Positions 48,756-59,432 of a stretch of 64,000 nt of DNA are shown here, in pieces (position 1 is the first letter of the stretch; every line of letters starts with the position of its first letter). Origin of the DNA: Candidatus Spyradenecus sp. (GTDB lineage: Bacteria; Verrucomicrobiota; Verrucomicrobiia; Opitutales; UBA953); contig JAZSKX010000015.1 in assembly GCA_045535075.1 (NCBI GenBank), forward strand, positions 64,001 to 128,000. Reading direction: 5' to 3'. The translations under genes were made by a program, and so were the position numbers. Under the pieces are notes generated by a model. The model had not been told where the DNA came from and did no database searches. It saw only the letters and a list, made by a program, of their open reading frames with translations.

Positions 48756-48806
48756 AATTAACGGGCGTGGCGTCCACAGAGCGCTTCGCCTCTTCACGCG
48801 TATAAA

Positions 48807-50807
48807 ATGAAGTCAAAAAAAATCTCAACGGCGGCGGGAACGCTTGTTTCCTTCCGTCTTTCAATGAACTTTCTCCGCGCTTGCGGAGCCTTAATTCCGG
48901 CGGTCGCTTGCTTAGTCGCAAGTCCGATCGCTCGTGCGGAAGACGTTCCCGCGTCGCCGCCTCCGAATCAAACCACGGAAAAAGTCACGCAGTTACCGCC
49001 GGTCGTTGTTGTGGCTTCCCGCACAGAACTTGAACTGAGCAAAGTCGCACCGTCGGTTTCCGTTGTCTCCGGTGAAGTGCTGGCGAGCGAGCAGATTTAT
49101 ACGGTCGCGGAAGCGCTTGCGACGCAGCCGGGAGTCGTCGTTACGGGTGGAACGATGACGGGAACGCCGACCTCGATTTTTATGCGCGGTACGAATTCTC
49201 AGGACACCGTTCTCATGCTTGACGGACGTCGCATGAACGGCGGAATTTACGGACAATACGGGATCGGGACGCTGACGACCGATAACTTGGCGGATATTCA
49301 GATTCTTCGCGGGAGCGCGTCGACGCTTTACGGCTCGGCGGCAATCGGAGGAGCGATTGACTTGCGTACGAAGAGCGGACTTGATACGGATGCGCCGACG
49401 GGAAGCCTTCGCGTCGAAGGAGGAAGTTGGGGAACGCGTTCTTTCGGACTCGAATTTGCGGGAAATTCCGATTACGAAGGCGCAGATTTGCCAAGCGGAA
49501 TCGGCTTTAGCGCCGGTTTTTCTTATACGGCTTCCGACGGATATAATTGGAATAACGACTACGAACAAAGCACGTTCCTCCCGCGTTTGGATTGGAGAGT
49601 GAATGACAAATTGGCGTTTGATTTCGTCGCCCGTATTTTCCAACGGGATTACGCTTGTCCGAATTCGGAGGCTTCAAAATCCTATACGGATCGTCAGAAG
49701 GATTCCGGCTGGCTGGTTTCTCCGGAAGTTATTTTGACGCCTTTTGAAACTCTTACGGGGAAAATCCTGTATTCATATTCCGAATACAAATCAACGGGCT
49801 ATGTCGGCGGTCTTGTTGACAACGAAAACAAGTCTCAGCAGATTTCAACGCAGTGGGATTGGCAGGCGATTGAAAATCTCGAAATTTCGTTCGGCTACGA
49901 TTTTTTGCAGGATGATGCTTACGGGCGCGGTGAACCGGCTTGGGGCGGCGTTCCCGCGAGCCTGCTTCAATACAGCAACTCCGTTTGGACAAATGCGCGT
50001 TGGGAAATTGTGAAAGATTTTTGGGTTTCCGGCGGCGTTCGTTATACGGATACGAATAAATACGGGGACAAAACGACTTACGAGCTCGCAGCACAATACC
50101 GTTTTGATTCCACGGGAACGAGTGTTTTCGCGAAAATTTCTACGGGATTCCGAACCCCGAGTTATATGGACTTGTCTCCGAATTGGAGCAATATGCCGTC
50201 GGATTCTCTCGAAGCCGAAAAGTCCGTTTCCTATGAAATCGGAGCGAAACAGGAACTCTTTGACGCTCAACTCAATCTCGGGGTTTCGCTTTTTCTCATC
50301 GACACGAAAGATAAATTTGTCGTCGATTACAGTGTTTATCCTGCCGTCGTCCGCAATGTTGACAAAGCGCGTTCCGAAGGTATTGAGCTTACGGCGGAAT
50401 GGACCCCGGATTCCGTTGCCGGTTTGCGTGTCTACGGGAACGCAACGATTCAAGAGGCTCGGGACCGTAAAACCGACGTACGCTTGAAGCTTATTCCGCA
50501 GTTTACGGGAACGCTCGGCGCGGAATACGTTTTTGCCGAAGATTTTACTGTCGGCGTATCCGGAACGTTTGTTAAAGGGCGCGAAGGCAGCTTGCCGGTT
50601 TATCCGTATTCGACGGCGGACATGGGCGATTATTTCGTTGCGCGTATTTACGGGAACTGGGTGGCGTTGCGCTACGGGGACGGACGTGAAAAATGTTCCG
50701 TTTTCGCCCGTATCGAAAATGCGCTCGACCGTGAATACGACGATTACAACATCGGCTATGAAGCCCCCGGAATCGGCGCCTTCGTCGGAGCCAAGCTTTC
50801 GTTTTAA
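48807..50807 (+). CDS. btuB: TonB-dependent receptor, probably for cobalamin
   Basis: TonB box VVVVASR, plug IFMRGT..LRGSASTLYGSAAIGG, ENALDREY, terminal F; preceded by the riboswitch. Confidence 0.82.
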   Translation: MKSKKISTAAGTLVSFRLSMNFLRACGALIPAVACLVASPIARAEDVPASPPPNQTTEKVTQLPPVVVVASRTELELSKVAPSVSVVSGEVLASEQIYTVAEALATQPGVVVTGGTMTGTPTSIFMRGTNSQDTVLMLDGRRMNGGIYGQYGIGTLTTDNLADIQILRGSASTLYGSAAIGGAIDLRTKSGLDTDAPTGSLRVEGGSWGTRSFGLEFAGNSDYEGADLPSGIGFSAGFSYTASDGYNWNNDYEQSTFLPRLDWRVNDKLAFDFVARIFQRDYACPNSEASKSYTDRQKDSGWLVSPEVILTPFETLTGKILYSYSEYKSTGYVGGLVDNENKSQQISTQWDWQAIENLEISFGYDFLQDDAYGRGEPAWGGVPASLLQYSNSVWTNARWEIVKDFWVSGGVRYTDTNKYGDKTTYELAAQYRFDSTGTSVFAKISTGFRTPSYMDLSPNWSNMPSDSLEAEKSVSYEIGAKQELFDAQLNLGVSLFLIDTKDKFVVDYSVYPAVVRNVDKARSEGIELTAEWTPDSVAGLRVYGNATIQEARDRKTDVRLKLIPQFTGTLGAEYVFAEDFTVGVSGTFVKGREGSLPVYPYSTADMGDYFVARIYGNWVALRYGDGREKCSVFARIENALDREYDDYNIGYEAPGIGAFVGAKLSF

Positions 50808-50821
50808 TCCGGATAAATAAG

Positions 50822-50858
50822 GAACCCGTTCCCGCAAAACGCGGGAACGGGTTCTTTT
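50822..50858. terminator. Terminator built from an inverted GCGGGAAC pair
   Basis: GAACCCGTTCCCGC-AAAAC-GCGGGAACGGGTTC-TTTT between convergent btuB and sod. Confidence 0.85.
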
Positions 50859-50875
50859 ATGTTTTTTTTTATTAA

Positions 50876-51535
50876 CTACGCTTTGCAGACACCTTCACAA
50901 TTCCAGTCGTTGAAAAGCTTTTCGGCACGATCCCAATCAATGATTTCCCAGAAAGCATTGACGAAATCGGCGCGCACGTTGCGGTAACGCAGGTAGTAGC
51001 TGTGCTCCCAGAGGTCGAGCGCGAGAAGCGGTTTCCCGTGGGCGTAGCCGACGAGGTTTTCCGGCATGAAAGGCGAATCCTGATTCGGCGTTGTTGCAAT
51101 GGCGAGCGAGCCGTCGTCTTTCAAGACAAGCCAAGTCCAGCCCGAGCCGAAAAGCCCGTTTGCCGCCGCCGTAAATGCTTCGCGAAATGCCTGGAAAGAC
51201 CCGAATTGCTTTTCAATCGCTGCTGCGAGCTTGCCGACAGCGACATTGTTCGCACGCGGAGAGCGGAGCGATTTCCAGAAGAACGCGTGATTAACGTGCC
51301 CGCCGCCGAAATTGCGAACAGCATTAAAAATTGCCTGCGGAACATTGTCGAGTTCCCGCAGAAGCATTCCCGGGCAGGGCGGCGCCGTGAATTCCGGATG
51401 CTTCTCAAGCGCGGCATTCAAATTTTTCGTGTAAGTCGCGTGGTGTTTCCCGTAGTGAATCGAGAGCGTTTCTGCATCCATGACGGGTTCGAGTGCATTT
51501 ACTTCGTAAGGAAGCGGTGTTTGTGTGTATGACAT
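50876..51535 (-). CDS. sod: Fe/Mn superoxide dismutase
   Basis: HYGKHHATY, NFGGGHVNH, FGSGW, DLWEHSYY. Confidence 0.95.
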   Translation of the reverse strand: MSYTQTPLPYEVNALEPVMDAETLSIHYGKHHATYTKNLNAALEKHPEFTAPPCPGMLLRELDNVPQAIFNAVRNFGGGHVNHAFFWKSLRSPRANNVAVGKLAAAIEKQFGSFQAFREAFTAAANGLFGSGWTWLVLKDDGSLAIATTPNQDSPFMPENLVGYAHGKPLLALDLWEHSYYLRYRNVRADFVNAFWEIIDWDRAEKLFNDWNCEGVCKA

Positions 51536-51607
51536 ATTTTATTCTTTCTAGTTTAGGATTAATTAAAAAGCGTTATGAATTATCGGAATTGTCTGTTTTT
51601 ATAACAA

Positions 51608-51626
51608 TATTGTAATAATTACAATA
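51608..51626. promoter_or_regulatory. Perfect 9-1-9 palindrome, PerR/Fur-box-like, upstream of sod
   Basis: TATTGTAAT-A-ATTACAATA in an AT-rich promoter; resembles the 7-1-7 PerR box TTATAATnATTATAA. Confidence 0.6.
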
Positions 51627-51691
51627 AAAATTTAAAGGGGCGCGCCAAAGAAACGGGAAAACGCAATAGAGTTCCCGTTTTTTTGAAAAAA

Positions 51692-52657
51692 TTAAATTTT
51701 CTCGACGCTCAGATTTGCCATTTCGCTTGCGGCAACGGCGGCGAGCGGCGTGGAGAGATAACGTTCCGTAGCGCTCGCGGCAATTGTGACGATGCGCTTT
51801 CCCGCGAATTCCGGGCGTTGTGCGATTTGAAGCGCTACCCAAACATTGGCTCCGGTAGAAATTCCGCAGGGCAAACCTTCTTCGCGTGCGATCGCGCGCG
51901 CCGTTTCGAGAGCGTCTTCGGTTTTCACGGGAACGATTTCGTCGATAAGCGCGCGATTGAGATTTTGAGGAACAAAGCCGGCTCCGATTCCTTGGATTCC
52001 GTGCGCGCCGGGAGTTTGTCCCGAGAGAACTGCGCTTTCCGCCGGCTCAACGGCGATACCGAAAATATCGGGGCGTTTTTCTTTGAGAAATTTCATCGTT
52101 CCCGAGAATGTGCCTCCGGTGCCGACGCCTGCGATAAACACATCCATTTGGCCGTCGAGAGCATTGTAAATTTCCGGTCCCGTTCCCGCGTAGTGGGCGG
52201 CAGGATTTGCGGGATTTTCAAATTGCCGCGGTCCGAAAGCATTCGGGAGTTCCCGTAATTGTTTTTCAGCATAATCAATCGCGCCTTTCATTCCGAGATT
52301 TTTAGGCGTGATGACAACTTCCGCTCCGAGCATCCGCAACAGCGTACGGCGTTCAAGAGACATGGATTCCGGCATGACGAGCATGCAACGATAGCCTTTG
52401 GCGGCGGCGACGGCGGCGAGCGCAATGCCGGTATTACCGCTTGTCGGCTCAATGATAACAGAGCCGGGACGAAGCTGCCCTGACGATTCTGCGGCTTCAA
52501 TCATCGCCTTGGCAACGCGGTCTTTAACAGAAAAAAGCGGATTGCGAAATTCACATTTGAGAAAAATTTCCGCCGGGCAATTTCGCGTGAGGCGATTGAG
52601 GCGAACAAGCGGCGTGTTTCCGATGGTTTGAATAAAAGAAGATTGCGCTTTTTTCAT
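51692..52657 (-). CDS. cysK: Cysteine synthase A
   Basis: IGNTPLV, SVKDR (PLP lysine), EPTSGNTG, GVGTGGT, HGIQGIG. Confidence 0.94.
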   Translation of the reverse strand: MKKAQSSFIQTIGNTPLVRLNRLTRNCPAEIFLKCEFRNPLFSVKDRVAKAMIEAAESSGQLRPGSVIIEPTSGNTGIALAAVAAAKGYRCMLVMPESMSLERRTLLRMLGAEVVITPKNLGMKGAIDYAEKQLRELPNAFGPRQFENPANPAAHYAGTGPEIYNALDGQMDVFIAGVGTGGTFSGTMKFLKEKRPDIFGIAVEPAESAVLSGQTPGAHGIQGIGAGFVPQNLNRALIDEIVPVKTEDALETARAIAREEGLPCGISTGANVWVALQIAQRPEFAGKRIVTIAASATERYLSTPLAAVAASEMANLSVEKI

Positions 52658-52787
52658 AATCAGAAACGCAAGCGTATAAGACGCTTCAGATTTTTCCAAA
52701 TGATTTTTCCGGGAAGCGGATTTTGTCGAGTCGGAATAACGTCTTTTTTGTCGCCCCCACCGACGTTCCCGCATAAATTTTTGAAAT

Positions 52788-53882
52788 ATGGCTAAGAAAA
52801 CGACGAAAAAAGAAACGGAAAAAACCTTCGAAATTCCCGCCTTCCTGCGGGAACTCCTCGAAGCTAAAGCTCCCACCGGACATGAATTCGAAGCGCAGGC
52901 GGTTTGCGATAAATACATGAAAACCGTCGCCGACGAGTATCGCAAAGACGTGCTCGGCAATCGCATCGCGACGCTCAATCCGAAGGCAAAAACCTCCGTC
53001 ATGTTTGCCGGGCACATCGACGAACTCGGGCTTCAGATTTCCTACGTCGACGACAAAGGTTTCCTCTACTTCAACCTGCTCGGCGGGCACGACCTGATTA
53101 TTCCGAGCGGCCGCCGTGTTTTGATTTTAACGAAAAACGGCATCGTACTCGGCGTTACCGGAAAGCGCGCCGTTCACCTGATGAGCCCGTCCGAACGCAC
53201 GAAAGTGCCCGAGGTTCACGAAATGTGGATCGATATCGGAGCGAGTTCCCGCGAAGACGCGCTCAAACGCGTTGCCATCGGCGATCCCGCCGTTTACGAC
53301 GAAACCGTCGAGATTCTGAACGGTTCCGTCGCCGTTGCCCGCGCTTTTGACGACCGTGCCGGTTGTTACATCGCGATGGAAGCCGCTCGCCGCTTGGCGA
53401 AAGAAAAGAAACTCGCCGTGCGTGTTGACGCCGTCGCAACAACGCAGGAAGAAATCGGCACGCGCGGCGCGCAAACCGCCGCCCAAGGGCTGAATCCGAC
53501 CGTCGGGATTGCCATCGACGTTACGCACTCGACCGACCATCCGGACGCCGACAACCGTAAATTCGGACGCATCACGCTTTCCGGCGGTCCCGTGATTTGC
53601 CGCGGTCCGAACATCAATCCGATTGTGTTCGACAAGCTCGTTGCCGCCGCCGAAAAACTCGGCATTCCGTATCAGCTCGAAGCGGAATCGCGCCCGACGG
53701 GAACGGATGCACGCGTCATTCAAATGGCAAACGGAGGCGTTGCCGCCGGCTTGATTTCCGTGCCGTTGCGCTATATGCACACGCCGGGCGAAGTCGTCGA
53801 TATCGCCGTCGTCGAACAATGCGTGCAACTCCTCGTTGAGTTCACGAAATCCGTTTCCGCCGGCGAATCTTTTGCTTGGTAA
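52788..53882 (+). CDS. M42-family aminopeptidase
   Basis: GHIDE, FDDR, QEEIG, IDVT, RYMHT. Confidence 0.9.
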   Translation: MAKKTTKKETEKTFEIPAFLRELLEAKAPTGHEFEAQAVCDKYMKTVADEYRKDVLGNRIATLNPKAKTSVMFAGHIDELGLQISYVDDKGFLYFNLLGGHDLIIPSGRRVLILTKNGIVLGVTGKRAVHLMSPSERTKVPEVHEMWIDIGASSREDALKRVAIGDPAVYDETVEILNGSVAVARAFDDRAGCYIAMEAARRLAKEKKLAVRVDAVATTQEEIGTRGAQTAAQGLNPTVGIAIDVTHSTDHPDADNRKFGRITLSGGPVICRGPNINPIVFDKLVAAAEKLGIPYQLEAESRPTGTDARVIQMANGGVAAGLISVPLRYMHTPGEVVDIAVVEQCVQLLVEFTKSVSAGESFAW

Positions 53883-53948
53883 ACGAAATTCGTTTTTTAG
53901 AAAAATCTCTCGCGAGGCGCGTGCTTCGCGAGAGATTTTTTTGAAATA

Positions 53949-53988
53949 AAAAAACGTTCCCGTGAATTATTCCACGGGAACGTTTTTT
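53949..53988. terminator. Bidirectional terminator built from an inverted CGGGAAC pair
   Basis: AAAAAACGTTCCCGTG-AATTATTC-CACGGGAACGTTTTTT between convergent genes; a second hairpin lies at about 53901-53942. Confidence 0.85.
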
Positions 53989-54001
53989 AATCGGAAGGCT
54001 C

Positions 54002-56569
54002 TTATTCTTTAATGGAGATAGCCCATTCGACGTTGTTTTGTTCAACGGTGAGCGGGTTGAGCTTCCAGATGTCGTTGGCGTATTCCGAGATCGTGCGGTC
54101 GGAAGAGAACTTGCCGACGCGAGCCGTGTTGAGAATCGCCATTTTCGCCCATTTCGCCTTGTCTTGGAAGGCTTTGCCGACGCGTTCCTGGCATTCGACA
54201 TAGGAACGGTAGTCCGCGAGGACGAGGAACGGGTCGCCGCCTTCGAGAAGGCTACGAACGACCGGCGAAAGCGAGCCGGGCTGATTCGGCGTGAAGTAGT
54301 CGCCCGTGAGCCAGCCGAGAATCGCTTTGAGTTCTTCGTCGCGATTGTAGTAATCCCACGGATTGTAGCCGCGCTGACGGAGTTCTTTCACTTCTTCGAC
54401 GGTCAGACCGAAGATGAAGATATTGTCATCGCCGACTTCTTCGCCGATTTCGACGTTCGCGCCGTCGAGCGTGCCGATTGTGAGCGCACCGTTGAGCGCG
54501 AGCTTCATGTTACCCGTTCCCGAGGCTTCTTTGCCGGCGGTGGAAATCTGCTCCGAAAGATCCGCTGCGGGAATGATTTTTTCCGCGAGAGAAACGCGAT
54601 AGTCCGGAAGGAATGCCACCTTGATTTTACCGTTCACGCGCGGGTCGTTGTTGATTTTTTCGCCGACCGCATTGATGGCGTGAATGATGTGTTTCGCCAT
54701 GTCGTAGCCCGGAGCTGCTTTCGCACCGAAAACGAAGACGCGCGGCGTCATTTCGAACTTCGGATCGTTGAGCAGACGATAGTAAAGCGTCAGGATGTGA
54801 AGCAGGTTCAGGTGCTGACGTTTGTATTCGTGCAGGCGCTTGATTTGGACGTCGAAGAGCGCATCCGGGGAAACTTCGATATTGCAGAGTTTCTTGATGA
54901 TGCGTGCGAGTTCAACTTTGTTTTCGCGCTTGATATCCATATAACGTTGCTGGAATGCAACGTCGTCGGCGTATTTTTCGAGACCGCGGAGCAGGTCGAG
55001 ATCCTTCGGCCAATCTCCGGAGATTTTTTCGTTAATCAACGCGGAAAGCCCTTTGTTGCAGGAGAGCAGCCAACGGCGCGGCGTGATGCCGTTCGTCTTG
55101 TTGTTGAAGCGTTCCGGATACATTTCGTAGAAGTCGCGGAAAAGCGTTTGTTTGAGCAATTCCGTGTGGAGCGCGGCAACGCCGTTTGTCGAGTGGCTCG
55201 TGATAACGGCAAGGTAAGCCATGCGAACCTGCTTGACCGAACCTTCTTCGATAATGGAGAGCTGGCGTTTTTTGAATTCGTCGCCCGGCCATTTCTTGTC
55301 GACTTCGAGGAGGAAGCGGCGGTTGATTTCGTAGATAATCTGCAGGTGGCGCGGAAGAACTTTTTCGAACAGCGGAACGCTCCACTTTTCGAGTGCTTCC
55401 GGAAGCAGGGTGTGGTTCGTGTAGGCAAAAACTTTTGTAACCGTGTCCCAAGCTTTATCCCAAGAGAAACCTTCAACGTCCATGAGAAGGCGCATCAGTT
55501 CCGGAATCGCAATTGTCGGGTGCGTGTCGTTGAGCTGAATTGCCGCTTTTTCGACGAGCGTGTCGAGCGTGCCGTTTTCTTTCTTGTGGCGGCGGATGAT
55601 GTCTTGAAGCGAGCAGGAAACAAAGAAAATCTGCTGAACGAGACGAAGTTGACGACCGACAGCCGTTTTGTCGTTCGGGTAAAGCACTTTCGAAACGGTT
55701 TCGCTGTTGGCTTTTTCGCGAATTGCTTCGATGTAGCCGCCTTCGTTGAACTTGTGGAAATCGAATTCACGCGTGGCTTTGGCTTCCCAAAGACGGAGGA
55801 AGTTAATCGTTTTTGCCTTGTAGCCGACAATCGGAATGTCCCACGGAACGCCGATAATCGGAGTCGTGTTTACCCAACGCGGTTTGAGGTGCCCGTTTTC
55901 GTCATAAGAAAGTTCGACGTTCCCGTAAAGCGGAACTTCGACGCGACGTGTTGCGCGGCGGACGTGCCACGGATTGCCGGAGAAAAGCCAGTTGTCGGCG
56001 TTTTCAACCTGATAGCCGTTCGAGAACGTTTGGCGGAACAGACCGAATTCGTAATGAATCCCGTAGCCGATCGCCGGAAGGTCGAGCGTCGCAAGCGAGT
56101 CAAGGAAGCAAGCCGCAAGGCGGCCGAGACCGCCGTTCCCGAGGCCCATGTCCTTTTCTTCTTCGAGGACGGCTTCCGGGTCGACGCCGAGTTCTTTGAG
56201 CGCAGCCTGAGCCGTTTCAAGCAGTCCGGCACTGGAAAGATTGTTGCGAAGCAGGCGCCCCATCAAATATTCGACGGAGAGATAGTAGCAACGGCGCGTT
56301 TTTTCATTAACGTGAACCGATTGCGTATTGATAAAACGGTGGTGGATCAAGTCGCGGACGGCACAGCTCGTCGCGAAAAGCCAGTCGTGCGTTGTCGCTG
56401 TATTCTTATTGCAGGCGAGTGTGCAACGCAGGTGGTAGAGAATCCATTGCTTGAAGGAATCGACTTCCGATTGCGTCGGCGTAGGAATAACTTCCGTTTG
56501 AACGGGAGCGTCGGCGGCTTCGATTTTTAATTTGGAAACCGCTTTTTTGGTTTTAGTTGCTTTTGCCAT
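54002..56569 (-). CDS. glgP: Glycogen/starch phosphorylase
   Basis: [39 protein letters not shown]. Confidence 0.96.
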   Translation of the reverse strand: MAKATKTKKAVSKLKIEAADAPVQTEVIPTPTQSEVDSFKQWILYHLRCTLACNKNTATTHDWLFATSCAVRDLIHHRFINTQSVHVNEKTRRCYYLSVEYLMGRLLRNNLSSAGLLETAQAALKELGVDPEAVLEEEKDMGLGNGGLGRLAACFLDSLATLDLPAIGYGIHYEFGLFRQTFSNGYQVENADNWLFSGNPWHVRRATRRVEVPLYGNVELSYDENGHLKPRWVNTTPIIGVPWDIPIVGYKAKTINFLRLWEAKATREFDFHKFNEGGYIEAIREKANSETVSKVLYPNDKTAVGRQLRLVQQIFFVSCSLQDIIRRHKKENGTLDTLVEKAAIQLNDTHPTIAIPELMRLLMDVEGFSWDKAWDTVTKVFAYTNHTLLPEALEKWSVPLFEKVLPRHLQIIYEINRRFLLEVDKKWPGDEFKKRQLSIIEEGSVKQVRMAYLAVITSHSTNGVAALHTELLKQTLFRDFYEMYPERFNNKTNGITPRRWLLSCNKGLSALINEKISGDWPKDLDLLRGLEKYADDVAFQQRYMDIKRENKVELARIIKKLCNIEVSPDALFDVQIKRLHEYKRQHLNLLHILTLYYRLLNDPKFEMTPRVFVFGAKAAPGYDMAKHIIHAINAVGEKINNDPRVNGKIKVAFLPDYRVSLAEKIIPAADLSEQISTAGKEASGTGNMKLALNGALTIGTLDGANVEIGEEVGDDNIFIFGLTVEEVKELRQRGYNPWDYYNRDEELKAILGWLTGDYFTPNQPGSLSPVVRSLLEGGDPFLVLADYRSYVECQERVGKAFQDKAKWAKMAILNTARVGKFSSDRTISEYANDIWKLNPLTVEQNNVEWAISIKE

Positions 56570-56721
56570 TATGTGTTTTGTTTTCTGTGTAAAAATTAAA
56601 AGGTAGACGCTATCAAAATCCGCTATCGATGAAAAGAGAAATCGCATTTAAGCGTTCCCGCGCTGTCTCGACTTCGGGGAGGAAATCAAGCTCGAATATC
56701 ACGAAAGAGTCCTAAAATAAA

Positions 56722-56752
56722 AACGTTCCCGCAGCTTTCCTGCGGGAACGTT
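56722..56752 (-). terminator. Terminator after rplT built from an inverted GCGGGAAC pair
   Basis: AACGTTCCCGCAG-CTTTC-CTGCGGGAACGTT with a flanking A-run. Confidence 0.8.
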
Positions 56753-56779
56753 CCCTTTTTGAAATTCGGTTAATTTAAC

Positions 56780-57136
56780 TTATGCGATAGCGGCCTTTGC
56801 TTTTTCGACAATTGCGGCGAACGCAGCGGCGTCGTGGATGGCGAGTTCGCTGAGGTTCTTACGGTCGATGATGATTTCCGCTTTTTTCAAACCGGCAACC
56901 AAGCGGCTGTAGGTGATGCCGAGAGGACGGCAAGCCGCGTTGATGCGGACGATCCAAAGTTGGCGGAAGTCCTGCTTTTTGTGGCGGCGGTGAACATACG
57001 CATATTTCTGTGCGCGATTGACCGCATCGTTAGCGTGCGTATAAGCACGGGATTTCAACCCGAAGTAGCCTTTCGCTTTCTTCAAAACGCGTTTGCGGCG
57101 CGCGCGGGTTGCGGGAGAATTTGTTACACGTGACAT
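56780..57136 (-). CDS. rplT: 50S ribosomal protein L20
   Basis: RRKRVLKKAKGY, FRQLWIVRINAA, IDRKNLSELA. Confidence 0.96.
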   Translation of the reverse strand: MSRVTNSPATRARRKRVLKKAKGYFGLKSRAYTHANDAVNRAQKYAYVHRRHKKQDFRQLWIVRINAACRPLGITYSRLVAGLKKAEIIIDRKNLSELAIHDAAAFAAIVEKAKAAIA

Positions 57137-57231
57137 GTTTTTACTTCTACTTTTTTAAGACCGCCGGGTCGTCGTTTGTTTCACCCGGCAAGTGCAGTTA
57201 TTGTCTGGGTTCTTAATTTCCTTAATAGAGA

Positions 57232-57423
57232 TTAAGCAAACGGCATTGCAGACTTAAACGTCTTTTCGAAGCCTTCATCGACTCGCTTGTCTGCTCCGGA
57301 GCGACGACGTGCTTTCGTGCTCTTGTTGCGGAGAAGGTGGCGAGTGTTAGGCGAACGACGCATTAGTTTGCCGCTGCCGGTCACTTTGAACCGTTTTGCG
57401 ATGGATTTCTTAGTTTTTTGCAT
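57232..57423 (-). CDS. rpmI: 50S ribosomal protein L35
   Basis: [17 protein letters not shown]; adjacent to rplT. Confidence 0.93.
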   Translation of the reverse strand: MQKTKKSIAKRFKVTGSGKLMRRSPNTRHLLRNKSTKARRRSGADKRVDEGFEKTFKSAMPFA

Positions 57424-57573
57424 AAGAAGAATACCATGAAAACGATTTTGTTCGTGATTGTAAAGCGGTTTTTCGTGAATTCCGAAAGGCTGTTGTTTTA
57501 TTGCGGAAAATAAAATTTCGATTTTGCGTTCCCGCGGGAACGAAGATTAAACTGGCGGGAAAAATTTATTCCG

Positions 57574-58767
57574 ATGGACGCTGCAGAACAAATCGCACTT
57601 CTGAAACAACGCACCGAAGTTTTTCTCGGTGAAGAACAACTTATCGAACGCATCAAAGCGGGGAAAAAACTCCGCGTCAAACTCGGCGTCGATCCCACGC
57701 GCCCCGACCTCACCTTCGGGCACATGGTCGTTTTCAACAAACTGCGCCAGTTTCAGGATATGGGGCACCAGGCCGTGCTCGTCATCGGCGATTTCACGAC
57801 GCGCATCGGCGACCCGTCCGGCCGCAGCACCACGCGCCCAGTTTTGACCGAAGAAGAAATCGAGGAAAACGCCAAAACCTACCTCGAACAGGCGTTTAAA
57901 ATTCTCGATCCCGAAAAAACCGAAGTCCGCCGCAACAGCGAATGGTTCGGCAAATGGTCGATGATCGACACGCTCCAGCTCGCCCGCCAAATGACGGTGG
58001 CGCGCATGCTCGAACGCGACGATTTCGCCAAACGCTACGCCTCGAAAACGCCGATTTCCATCATCGAATTTCTTTATCCGCTCTTGCAGGGACGCGATTC
58101 CGTCGAGCTTCAAAGCGATGTCGAAATCGGCGGCACCGACCAGCTTTTTAACAATCTCGTCGGTCGCCAGCTCCAAAAAGAAGCGGGAATGCCCGAGCAA
58201 GCCGTGCTCACGATGCCGCTCCTCGTCGGCTTGGACGGCGAACGCAAAATGTCCAAAAGCTACGGCAACTACATCGCGCTGAACGATTCCGCGAAAGATA
58301 TGTTCGGCAAAATCATGAGCGTTCCCGACGCCACGATGTGGATTTACTACGAACTTCTTTTGGAAAAAACGCCCTCGGAAATCGCCGCCATGAAAAACGA
58401 GCATCCGATGGAAATGAAAAAACAACTCGCCGCCGCGCTCACCGCCAAATTCTACGGCGAAGAAGCCGGGCGCTACGAACGCGAACAGTTCGAAAACGTT
58501 TTCTCCAAAAAACAGGTGCGCGCCGATATTCCGGAATTTGCTTGGGACAAACTCGTTCCCGCGGGAACGCCCGACGCAAGCATCATCGATTTGCTCGCCG
58601 CAACGAAAATTTTCCCGAGCAAAAAGGAAATCCGCCGCCTCATCGAAGGCGGAGCCGTTAAAGTAAACGACGAAAAACTCTCCGACGTGAACGCGCGCCT
58701 CGCACGCGAAACCGCCGCGGGAACGGTTATTCAAGCCGGTAAACGCAATTTCGTGAAAATCGTTTAG
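57574..58767 (+). CDS. tyrS: Tyrosine--tRNA ligase
   Basis: KLGVDPTRPDLTFGH, GGTDQ, KMSKS, S4-like C-terminus. Confidence 0.96.
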   Translation: MDAAEQIALLKQRTEVFLGEEQLIERIKAGKKLRVKLGVDPTRPDLTFGHMVVFNKLRQFQDMGHQAVLVIGDFTTRIGDPSGRSTTRPVLTEEEIEENAKTYLEQAFKILDPEKTEVRRNSEWFGKWSMIDTLQLARQMTVARMLERDDFAKRYASKTPISIIEFLYPLLQGRDSVELQSDVEIGGTDQLFNNLVGRQLQKEAGMPEQAVLTMPLLVGLDGERKMSKSYGNYIALNDSAKDMFGKIMSVPDATMWIYYELLLEKTPSEIAAMKNEHPMEMKKQLAAALTAKFYGEEAGRYEREQFENVFSKKQVRADIPEFAWDKLVPAGTPDASIIDLLAATKIFPSKKEIRRLIEGGAVKVNDEKLSDVNARLARETAAGTVIQAGKRNFVKIV

Positions 58768-58777
58768 CAAAACGACA

Positions 58778-59416
58778 ATGGAGTCGTTTAAGAAAATTTC
58801 CGTCGAAACTTGGGAACGGCGGGAACTGTTTCGATTTTATCAAAAATTTTCGAGCCCGAATTACAATGTCTCCGTGTCGTTGGATGCGTCGACGCTTTAT
58901 CGCTTCGCGCGGGAACAGGGACATTCGTTTTTTCTGCTGACTTGCTATGCGATTGCGCGGGCACTTAATGCCGTTCCCGAAATGCGCCGGCGTTTTGTCG
59001 ATGAGAACACGGTTGCCGAATACGAAATAATCCATCCTTCGTGTCCGCTGGCACGGGAAGGGAGCGACCTTTTTGTTCAGGTGCTGCTCCCGTACAAATC
59101 GAGCTTTTCCGCATTTCGGGAAACGGCTCAGCCGATTATTGATGCCGTACGAATCGGAAAAATCACAGAAAGCGATTTCAACGAAACCCCGAATCTTTTT
59201 TGCGCTTCTTGCGTGCCGTGGTTCGAATCCTTGGGCGTGGCTTCCGCCGAGTATTCCCGCAATCAGGCGGAACAAATTATTACTTGGTTTAAAATGAGCG
59301 AGGCGGGAAAAATGACGGTTTCCGGACGCTTCAATCACACTTTCACCGACGGCATTCATCTGGGCCGCTTTTTCAACGGAATTCAGGAAAATTTCCTAAA
59401 TCCGGAAAAGCTCTAG
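58778..59416 (+). CDS. CatA-like chloramphenicol O-acetyltransferase family protein
   Basis: WERRELFRFY, NAVPEMR, SCVPW, NHTFTDGIH (HxxxD). Confidence 0.8.
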   Translation: MESFKKISVETWERRELFRFYQKFSSPNYNVSVSLDASTLYRFAREQGHSFFLLTCYAIARALNAVPEMRRRFVDENTVAEYEIIHPSCPLAREGSDLFVQVLLPYKSSFSAFRETAQPIIDAVRIGKITESDFNETPNLFCASCVPWFESLGVASAEYSRNQAEQIITWFKMSEAGKMTVSGRFNHTFTDGIHLGRFFNGIQENFLNPEKL

Positions 59417-59432
59417 GCGCGGGAAGAAAATA

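Noticed and set aside
54038..56530. 830-aa plus-strand ORF
   Set aside because: Antisense shadow of glgP.
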